Assembly: GCA_038060895.1 (NCBI GenBank)
Contig: JBBTCT010000002.1
Location: 160,001 to 224,000 of the forward strand
From: Planctomycetota bacterium
Lineage (GTDB): Bacteria; Planctomycetota; MHYJ01; WSZJ01
Reading direction: 5' to 3'
DNA: 64,000 bases
The position numbers and the translations under genes were made by a program. This document shows positions 37,263 through 44,597 of the stretch, piece after piece. A model generated the notes under the pieces. That model had not been told where the DNA came from. It did not search any database and was given only the letters and a program-made list of their open reading frames with translations. Numbering within the stretch: the first letter of the stretch is position 1; the number at the start of each line of letters is the position of its first letter.

Positions 37263-38228
37263 ATGCGCACGGCCACATTGCTGTTCGCCCTCGCTGCCTT
37301 CGCCCGCGCCGAATCCGCGCCCGAAGAACAAACGCTTCGGGATTCGACCGATTCCATCGTGAAGAGCGTCACGAGCATGGATCTCGAAAAGGTCGCAGGC
37401 GCATTCTCGAAGGACGCCGTCGCCTGGCTGGAATCTCCAGAGGGAGCTGCCGCGTACAAGCCGTACCTCGACGACTCCGACAATTGCGCGCACCTGCTGC
37501 GGATGAAAAGGGCTGAGGTCAAGAAGCTGGCCCCCGCGGCGTTCGCGAAGCGACTCGCCGCCGGATTCGTGGCCATGGATCCCGAGACGACGTCCAAAAT
37601 GGCGTACCTCAAGTTCCGCGCCGACGGCGCCGAACGCGTCGTCCAGGTCGAGTCCACCGACCCGCTACGCGGCACCGGCCGCGGACACTACCGCTTTGTG
37701 CTCGACGGCGGCGCGTGGAAACTCACGAAGTCCTGGGTGTCGCGCCTTCATGAAATGTACGTCTGTCGCAGCCGGATCATGCAGGTCGGGATCTACCTGG
37801 CCCTGTATGAATCCAAGGAGAAGGACTACCCGGGTGACATCGAGGGGCTGAAGCGTCCCGACCTGATTGAGAAGGGAAAGGACGACGTGCTCGCCTGCCC
37901 CCAATCCCGCGAACCCTACGTCTACCTGTTTCCCCTCGAGGGTGATGTGACCCCGGGGGGGCGCTTCATGCTCTACGACAAGAAGCCGCACGCGGACGGG
38001 ACGCGAATCGTTGTTCCGTTCATGGGCGCCGGCGCCTGGCTGGACGAGGCCCAGTTTCAGGAGGTGCTGCGCAAGGATCTCGACGCGATCCAGGCAAAGC
38101 TTCCCGAGATTGAGAAGAAGGTGCAGGCCGGGCTCAGCGACGCGGATGCGAAGAATAAGGCGGCTGCAGAGAGGTGGCAAAAGGGGTTGTCCGGCCTGCG
38201 GAGCGTCATCAAGGGCGCCGGGAAGTAG
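37263..38228 (+). CDS. Secreted protein: NTF2-like N-domain plus DUF1559/pseudopilin-like C-domain
   Basis: GAGGA RBS, signal peptide; FVLDGGAWKL; CxSxIxQxG..L..Y...YP...L...CP...Y.Y...H.DG pattern. Confidence 0.55.
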   Translation: MRTATLLFALAAFARAESAPEEQTLRDSTDSIVKSVTSMDLEKVAGAFSKDAVAWLESPEGAAAYKPYLDDSDNCAHLLRMKRAEVKKLAPAAFAKRLAAGFVAMDPETTSKMAYLKFRADGAERVVQVESTDPLRGTGRGHYRFVLDGGAWKLTKSWVSRLHEMYVCRSRIMQVGIYLALYESKEKDYPGDIEGLKRPDLIEKGKDDVLACPQSREPYVYLFPLEGDVTPGGRFMLYDKKPHADGTRIVVPFMGAGAWLDEAQFQEVLRKDLDAIQAKLPEIEKKVQAGLSDADAKNKAAAERWQKGLSGLRSVIKGAGK

Positions 38229-38296
38229 TGTCCGACGTCCCTATCTCCCGCCGCTTCGCATCGGCGGGCCGTCGTCTTGGATACAATGTGCTGAGC

Positions 38297-38548
38297 ATGC
38301 TCTCGCACAATCTCGACATCCCTGAAGATGCCCTCAAAGCGGTCCAACTCGATCCGCAAGCTGCTGCCGCGGACGTGCGTATCGCCGCGGCCATGAAGCT
38401 CTTTAATATGGGCCGGCTTTCTTCGGGTACAGCGGCGCGCCTCGCCGGCGTTTGTCGAGTTGAGTTCCTCGACCGCCTCGCCGAGTTCGGTGTGAACGCT
38501 TTCGACATGACCGAGGATGAACTCGCCTCCGACTGCGGTAATGTCTGA
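38297..38548 (+). CDS. UPF0175-family putative antitoxin (orphan)
   Basis: RIAAAMKLF..GRLSSGxAARLAGVxRxEFL..L..FGV; TACAAT -10 at 38282-38287. Confidence 0.85.
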   Translation: MLSHNLDIPEDALKAVQLDPQAAAADVRIAAAMKLFNMGRLSSGTAARLAGVCRVEFLDRLAEFGVNAFDMTEDELASDCGNV

Positions 38549-38762
38549 AGTCTTCTGAAATAGCTCACTGGTCATCGGCGCACCTGTCAGGGCGCAGAAA
38601 TCGGTGTAGATGTCGACTCTCGACGTTGTGCGGTGACGGTTCCTCGTGGCATCGGACTTGTTGGTGGCGAGAGGGTGGTTCTCGATAGAACCGGATTTCA
38701 CGTCGGTAGTGGTACCTCAGGAATGACCATCCGTGATCTCAAAGTTCGGATTCAAGTAGCAC

Positions 38763-40586
38763 ATGCCGACACCTCAATCCTCCCGCAAACGCGTCTCCTG
38801 GACGGCAGCACTCGTCGTCAACGAGATTCGCAAGTTGCGAGAGCGCAGGATTTCTCCTTCTCAATCCTACGTTGTCGGGAATCACCCGGCGTTGTATGGG
38901 GCAGCCCAACGCCTGCTCGGCGGCTGGCGCAATGCACTGATTGCTGCCGGAGAGGAACCCGCGAAAGTAGCTCGGGAGTCCCGAGACGTCTCTAACGCGA
39001 CGCGCACCAAGTGGACGCACGACTTCATCATCAAGACCCTTCAGGAGCGAGCGAGGCTTGGGAAACCACTCAACTTCCTGAAAATGAGAGATTCTGGATT
39101 CGGGGGATTTCTTCGGGCCGCGGCCCGCGTTTTCGGGAGCTACGAAGCTGCAATCCGTGCAGCCGGTCTCTCATACGCCTCGATCAAGAGAGGAACCGAC
39201 TGGGTCTCAAATCCAGAGAAGGCAATTATCGGGGGCATTCGCGAACTCGCCTCTGCTAAGGTCGAGCTCAACATCAGTTCGGCGCAACATCACAGGTCTG
39301 GCCTGGTCACGGCAGCGATTACGCACTTCGGGTCGTGGGACTCCGCGCTTGTCGCAGCGGGCTTCGACCCCATAAACACACGGCTCGACCTCGACACTGA
39401 GGCGGGGAAGGGGCGTATTTTCCAGAATCTCTGCTACGACCTCTTCCAGGTGCTCCGTCCAAAATGGCGAGACGACCACCGCTGCAAGACCACGACAGGA
39501 GTGCTCCTCCCGGACGCTTACGACCCCGATACGCGCGAGTGGATTGATTTCAAGATTGCAGCATGGGGCATGTCCGTCCAGAAGAGCATCCGGAAGTACA
39601 GCGGATACGCTGACCACCTGCGATTGATCTGTCTGGCCGGACGGCGCAATTCAACCGAGCGCGTAACGTTTGAATCGATATTCGACTACGAAGGGGAGGC
39701 AATGACACCGACCCTACGCACGCTCTTTGAGAGAATGCGGTGCTTGGCAGCACACGACGTGCCGACGACCAGCTTCGAGGAGTGGGCGACACGCTGGACT
39801 CGCAGGGAAGTGATTCAAACCATCCAGAATCTTCCTCCGGACGAGCGCCACTCTCGGCACGCCCAACTTCACAACAAAGGAGCGTACAGCGCTGCAGTGC
39901 GGATGTTCGGTGGATGGTACGCGGCTGTTGAGGCGTCCGGCTTCGACGTAGAAGATGTGAGACGCCGCCGACCGGCATACACCAAGGGGGATGTTGACGC
40001 GTTCATCTCTGGTCGCTCCAGCTCCGGTCTTGGGCTGAGCGCGCGTGTCGCCACTGCAACCGCATCGGGCAGTGGTCTCTATCAGGCTGCGAGCCGGTTC
40101 TATGACAACTGGGCAGCCGCCCTCGCCGCAAATGGCCTGAAATACGACGACGTAAAACTGAAACCTGGACGCGAGCGATTCACAAAACAAGTCCTTGATC
40201 GCTTCATTCGCACGCGACACAACGCCCGCGAGAGATTGAACGCGACGACGGTTCGCGATCAGTTCAAGGGCGAGTATGGAGCGGCGTTTCGCATTTATGG
40301 CGGTTGGCGCCAAGCGGTCGAAGCAAACGGCATTTCATACCGTTCGGTCTCCGAGATCGTTCCTCCAAGACGAGTGACCCAGACCGAAGTTGATGCGTAT
40401 ATCCGGTCTCGGTCTCAGACAGGACTTCCACTGAACAGCCGCGCGGTGTGTCGGGACGACCGCCCGATTCACACAGCAGCATGCCGACGCTTTTACGGCA
40501 GCTGGAGCAACGCTTTGAAGGTCAATGGCATTGACTACGACACTGTCACGCTTCGCAGGAGGAGAAACCCACGGAGCCCTGGGTGA
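38763..40586 (+). CDS. Multi-repeat putative DNA-binding protein with a central PD-(D/E)XK-like nuclease domain
   Basis: Seven ~50-aa repeats ending (F/L/Y)GxW..A(L/V).A(A/N/S)G (homing-endonuclease-associated-repeat-like); central LLPDAYDPDTREWIDFK...SIRKY; atypical A/T-rich codon usage. Confidence 0.7.
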   Translation: MPTPQSSRKRVSWTAALVVNEIRKLRERRISPSQSYVVGNHPALYGAAQRLLGGWRNALIAAGEEPAKVARESRDVSNATRTKWTHDFIIKTLQERARLGKPLNFLKMRDSGFGGFLRAAARVFGSYEAAIRAAGLSYASIKRGTDWVSNPEKAIIGGIRELASAKVELNISSAQHHRSGLVTAAITHFGSWDSALVAAGFDPINTRLDLDTEAGKGRIFQNLCYDLFQVLRPKWRDDHRCKTTTGVLLPDAYDPDTREWIDFKIAAWGMSVQKSIRKYSGYADHLRLICLAGRRNSTERVTFESIFDYEGEAMTPTLRTLFERMRCLAAHDVPTTSFEEWATRWTRREVIQTIQNLPPDERHSRHAQLHNKGAYSAAVRMFGGWYAAVEASGFDVEDVRRRRPAYTKGDVDAFISGRSSSGLGLSARVATATASGSGLYQAASRFYDNWAAALAANGLKYDDVKLKPGRERFTKQVLDRFIRTRHNARERLNATTVRDQFKGEYGAAFRIYGGWRQAVEANGISYRSVSEIVPPRRVTQTEVDAYIRSRSQTGLPLNSRAVCRDDRPIHTAACRRFYGSWSNALKVNGIDYDTVTLRRRRNPRSPG

Positions 40587-40639
40587 TCGATGCCCATGGC
40601 CTCTTGATCCACCGACGCCCGCTCGATATCCTCATACAC

Positions 40640-40867
40640 ATGAAACGTACAAATCTTGTGCTGAGCGAAGACCTGCTCAATGAGGCAACCCGCCTCTCGG
40701 GAGCGAAGACGTATTCGGGCACGGTCAATATGGCGCTTCGCGATTTCGTTCAGCGCATCAAAGCGCGACGCATCCTGTCGCTGACCGGATCCGGGCTCTG
40801 GGAGGGTGATCTGGCGGCCATGAGAGGGGACCGGCCGCGCCGGCGCGCGCGGGGAGCGGGCCGGTGA
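40640..40867 (+). CDS. vapB: VapB-family antitoxin
   Basis: MKRTNLVLSEDLLNEAxRLSGxKT..xVNxAL...WEGDL; overlaps vapC; TATCCT 7 nt before ATG. Confidence 0.88.
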   Translation: MKRTNLVLSEDLLNEATRLSGAKTYSGTVNMALRDFVQRIKARRILSLTGSGLWEGDLAAMRGDRPRRRARGAGR

Positions 40868-41253
40868 TTCTCGTCGATGCCTCCGTCTGGATCGAGACCT
40901 TCCGGGCGCGCAAGCCGCTCTCGATCGAATCGGTTCTGGAGTTTGACGAGATCGTCACCTGCCTCCCCGTCGTCCAGGAAGTCCTCCAGGGCTTTCGCGA
41001 CGAGCGCGCATTTCGCATCGCGAGAGAATCGCTCCTGGCGCTGCCCATCGTCGAGTCGCCCATCACGGCCGGACTGGCCGAGGAGGCCGTGGGTCTCTAC
41101 CGGGCCGCGCGACGGCAGGGAGTGACCGTGCGCTCCTCCGTCGATTGCCTCATCGCCGCGTGCGCGTTGCGGCATCAGCTTACCGTCCTGCATCGCGATC
41201 GGGACTTCTCTCAGCTTGCGCGAGTGTCGCCTCTGCAGCAGCGGAGCCTGTAG
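40864..41253 (+). CDS. vapC: VapC PIN-domain ribonuclease toxin
   Basis: ILVDASVWI, QEVLQG, DCLIAA, LHRDRDF acidic PIN tetrad. Confidence 0.92.
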   Translation: MILVDASVWIETFRARKPLSIESVLEFDEIVTCLPVVQEVLQGFRDERAFRIARESLLALPIVESPITAGLAEEAVGLYRAARRQGVTVRSSVDCLIAACALRHQLTVLHRDRDFSQLARVSPLQQRSL

Positions 41254-41375
41254 CGCGGGGAACTCCGCTCCCCATGCTGGCATCGCAGTACTGGCGCCGA
41301 AGGAAATTCCAGGGAAGGGGCAACTTCGAGCGAAGCGCCTGCGGTCAATATGGTTCTGGAAGGAGAAGTGGCTAA

Positions 41376-41861
41376 TCAGACTTCTCCGGCAAGGCGAATC
41401 GCTTCATCGAGCAAGGCGTCGTCAATGAAGAACCCGTTGGTCTTCAGTTCGAGAAGGCGGTCTTTGACCGAGGGGACGAGCCCGCGCTTCTTGGCAAGCA
41501 ACAACACGCCGACAGTACCCCGGACCGGAAGCCCGAAACTCCTGGCGCAGCGCCGCGCGGGGGCATCGTCGAGAATGACCTCGGCCACCGGCGTTACCAG
41601 CGCCAGGGCGATGACGGACGACTCTCCGGCACCCAGGCCCCACGCGTGTATCGCGGGCGCAATCTCGGGTTCCGACGCGCGGTCGCCCCACTTGGCCTCG
41701 ATGAGCCGGCGCGCCGGATCCGAGGCGTTCCCGGCCAGAATCTCGCGGACAACCGCCTCCGGGACGATCACCCTGCCGCTCAACTTCGCCAGGAGGTCCT
41801 GCAATCCGATCGCGGCAAGCGCAATCAACGGCGATGCGTTGACGATCCGCACGTCAGCCAC
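41376..41861 (-). CDS. DUF3368 PIN-like putative toxin
   Basis: NASPLI, PEAVVREI, LGAGE, ILDD...AR, GTVGVLLxAKxxG. Confidence 0.9.
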   Translation of the reverse strand: MADVRIVNASPLIALAAIGLQDLLAKLSGRVIVPEAVVREILAGNASDPARRLIEAKWGDRASEPEIAPAIHAWGLGAGESSVIALALVTPVAEVILDDAPARRCARSFGLPVRGTVGVLLLAKKRGLVPSVKDRLLELKTNGFFIDDALLDEAIRLAGEV

Positions 41862-42105
41862 GTGACGCTTCTTCCCTCAACTCCGCGGGATCAGTCTGGA
41901 ACGGCGACACGCCGAAGCGACCCAGCGCCTTCATGAAATCGGCGCGGCTCAGTCCCGCGACTTCCGCGGCGCGCTCCTGCGACATCTGGCGCATTTCGTA
42001 CCACTTGACGGCCGCGGCCAGCCGCAGTTCGCGACCAAAGCCGCCCGGATCCTGCCGCACGGAAGGCAGGAGGCTCTCGTCGAAATCGAGGGTCACGCGC
42101 GTCAT
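41854..42105 (-). CDS. UPF0175-family putative antitoxin
   Basis: ELRLAAAVKWYE..MSQERAAEVAGLSRADF; TGcTAGAAT extended -10 6 nt before ATG; 8-nt overlap with toxin. Confidence 0.9.
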   Translation of the reverse strand: MTRVTLDFDESLLPSVRQDPGGFGRELRLAAAVKWYEMRQMSQERAAEVAGLSRADFMKALGRFGVSPFQTDPAELREEASRG

Positions 42106-42286
42106 GAGTGCATTCTAGCATTCTCCACCTTCACTTCCGTCCACCAGCGGATCGCAGTCCAATCGGCCTCGGAGTCTCGCTTTCTGCAGGTGCGCGGAAG
42201 AGTTGAACGGCCCTGCCGAAGCGAACCCCGGGAGCGGGTTTCGTGCGTGGTGCCAGCCGGCCCTTCGCGGCAAGTTGCGCGCGCCA

Positions 42287-42655
42287 TTACCAAAGGTAAA
42301 CTGATCGTACTGAGGGATGGGCGCGCAGGCTCTCCAAGATTGGAATGCAAGCAGTGTCATAGCCGCCAACGAGTCGCATGGAATGGTCAAAGTCAAACCA
42401 ACCACTCCACCAGGTCGTCTGCCACTCGATATTGGATTCCTTCACGGGCATGGCCTCCAGGATGAGGTCACGGATCTGTCCAACCGTCATTTCCAATTCA
42501 AGATTGGCGGGATTCTCACAGAATTCCTGTCTCAAGATGATCTCAGATTCATGAAGTGCATGAACTAGCAGGTACCACTCACTGGATTCCTGCTTCCACC
42601 CAGCCGATACGGCTTTGATGATGTCCCGGGCGACGCGGTCAGGACTCACGCTCAT
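42287..42655 (-). CDS. Hypothetical protein, lower GC
   Basis: GAGGT RBS; 122-aa ORF with atypical codon usage. Confidence 0.55.
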   Translation of the reverse strand: MSVSPDRVARDIIKAVSAGWKQESSEWYLLVHALHESEIILRQEFCENPANLELEMTVGQIRDLILEAMPVKESNIEWQTTWWSGWFDFDHSMRLVGGYDTACIPILESLRAHPSVRSVYLW

Positions 42656-42685
42656 GGCGGCACCTCGACATTGTCACGCAAGTTC

Positions 42686-43528
42686 TCACCGGTCTAGACG
42701 CGGTGGTTCCTTCACAATTCGAACATTCTTCGGGTGCGAGTAGATGTTGAATTGCTGGGCGGAAGCGAAGCCGACCAGGGTGATCCCGGCGCGTTCGGCG
42801 AGGTCCACCGCGAGCGACGACGGCGCACCGACGGCGACAAGGGCGGGAAAGCGTGCGGCGGCTGCTTTCTGGACGATTTCGAAGGAAGCGCGGCCGCTGA
42901 CGGCGAGAAGAACCGGGGCATTCAGCGAGCGCGAATCGAGCAGGAGCCCGACGACCTTGTCGACGGCGTTGTGGCGCCCGACATCCTCCGCGGCGGCGAG
43001 GAGTTTCCCGGAAGCGTCGAGGGCGGCGGCGGCGTGGAGGCCGCCGGTTTTACCGAAGGAGGGCTGGGCGGCGCGGAGAAGGGAGGGGGCGCGTGCGATG
43101 AGCGCGGCGGGGATCGGCGCGGCGTCGCGGGCGCGGCCGACGCGGTCGATGAGGTCCTGGACGGAGAAGCGGCCGCAGACGCCGCAGGCGGAAGTGGTGA
43201 GAGTGCCGCGGCGGGTGGCGGCGGGGTGGGCGTGGCCGGCGCGGAGGCGGATGCGCGCGACGTTGCCGCGAGGTTCGATGACAACCGTCGCATCTGCTGC
43301 GGAGCCGATCAGCCCCTCCGCGAACAGGAACCCCATCACCATCTCGCGCTCGAGCCCCGGCGTGCGCATCGTGACGGCGAGCGGGCGGCCGCCGACGCGG
43401 ATCTCGAGCGGCTCCTCGACGGCGACGGCGTCGAGCTCGGGTTTCGGCGCAGCGCGGCCGACGCGGACGCGCCGGACCGCGCGGGCCGTGACGGGCTCGC
43501 GGTCCGGCGGGAGGGCTTTTTTAGCCAA
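42686..43528 (-). CDS. fdhD: Formate dehydrogenase accessory sulfurtransferase FdhD
   Basis: EEPLEI, TMRTPG, GFLFAEG, SACGVCG, TGGLHAAA, EDVGRHNAVDK, SGRASFE, APSSLA; TTG start overlaps the upstream stop. Confidence 0.95.
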   Translation of the reverse strand: MAKKALPPDREPVTARAVRRVRVGRAAPKPELDAVAVEEPLEIRVGGRPLAVTMRTPGLEREMVMGFLFAEGLIGSAADATVVIEPRGNVARIRLRAGHAHPAATRRGTLTTSACGVCGRFSVQDLIDRVGRARDAAPIPAALIARAPSLLRAAQPSFGKTGGLHAAAALDASGKLLAAAEDVGRHNAVDKVVGLLLDSRSLNAPVLLAVSGRASFEIVQKAAAARFPALVAVGAPSSLAVDLAERAGITLVGFASAQQFNIYSHPKNVRIVKEPPRLDR

Positions 43529-44597
43529 GACAGCTGGCTCCCTGCATGACGCGCTGCGCCAGGACGCCGAGCGTAGCCTTGTCGTCGCCGCGGATTTCCT
43601 TGAGGGCGCCGGTGAGGAACGCGCGGGCGGTCTTGCGGCGCCAGGCGGCGGCGAAGTCGGTGTTGTCGAGCGGGCGGGCGTGGGCGGAGGCTTTTTCGGC
43701 GAACTCCTCGATGGCATCATCGGAGAGTTTTTTCCCGAGAAGCAAGGCGGTCTCCTGCACCTCGAGCGGCCGCGACGTCACCGCGCCGAGCACGACGCGC
43801 GCGTCCTCCACTTCTCCCGATTTCGCAAATCTCACCGAGGCCGCGACCGACAGCACCGGGAAGTCGAACGATCCGCGGCGGCGGAGTTTCCAGTACGTCG
43901 ACTTCGCGCCCTTCGGAGCCGGCACGCGAATGCCGGTGACGATCTCGTCCGGCGCGCGCTTGAGGTAGTCCATGCCGTCGTCGTGGTAGAGCGCGGTGAT
44001 CGGGATCTCGCGCTTGCCGCGTTTCTTCGAGACCAGCGTGACCGTCGCGCCCAGCGCCATGAGCATCGGGCCGCTGTCCGTGGACGACACGGCCCAGCAG
44101 CGGTCGCTTCCCGGCGCGACCCAGCAGGTCCCGTGCTTGCCTTCAGTGATCGCCGTGCCGTTCGGGCCGGGCGCCTTCATGCAGAAGCTGATCGACTGCC
44201 GCCACTCGTGGTTCTGGTTGTAGTAGTTGCAGCGCGTGTCGACGCAGAGGTTGCCGCCGAGCGTCGCGGTGGCGCGGATGAGCGGGGAAGCGATGCTGCC
44301 GATCGCGCGCGCGAGACCCGGCCAGTTCGCGATGGCTGGGTCGAGAGCGAGGTCTGCGAGCGTGGAGCACGGCCCGATCGTCGCCGCGCCGTCGCTGCCG
44401 ATCGACACGCCTCGGAGGTCGTTCGCCTTGCGGAGCGACACCAGCACGTCCGGCATGAACTGCCGGCGCTTCAGGTTCGGCACCACGTCCGTCCCGCCCG
44501 CGAGCACCATGGCCTTCGGCCCGACGTCGGCGAGCACCGAGGCCGCATCCGCAGCCGACGTCGCAGCGTGGTACCTGAACGACGGGCATCGCATCAT
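43521..44597 (-). CDS. XDH-family FAD subunit with [4Fe-4S] insertion (4-hydroxybenzoyl-CoA reductase beta-like)
   Basis: AGGTD, ATLGGNLC; HcrB-type Cys insert RCNYYNQ...FCMK...CWV...RCWA; KLRRRGSFDFP. Confidence 0.88.
   Translation of the reverse strand: MMRCPSFRYHAATSAADAASVLADVGPKAMVLAGGTDVVPNLKRRQFMPDVLVSLRKANDLRGVSIGSDGAATIGPCSTLADLALDPAIANWPGLARAIGSIASPLIRATATLGGNLCVDTRCNYYNQNHEWRQSISFCMKAPGPNGTAITEGKHGTCWVAPGSDRCWAVSSTDSGPMLMALGATVTLVSKKRGKREIPITALYHDDGMDYLKRAPDEIVTGIRVPAPKGAKSTYWKLRRRGSFDFPVLSVAASVRFAKSGEVEDARVVLGAVTSRPLEVQETALLLGKKLSDDAIEEFAEKASAHARPLDNTDFAAAWRRKTARAFLTGALKEIRGDDKATLGVLAQRVMQGASCLG

Noticed and set aside
42190-42286. Integron attC site after the low-GC gene
   Set aside because: No matching RYYYAAC...GTTRRRY ends and no integrase in the window
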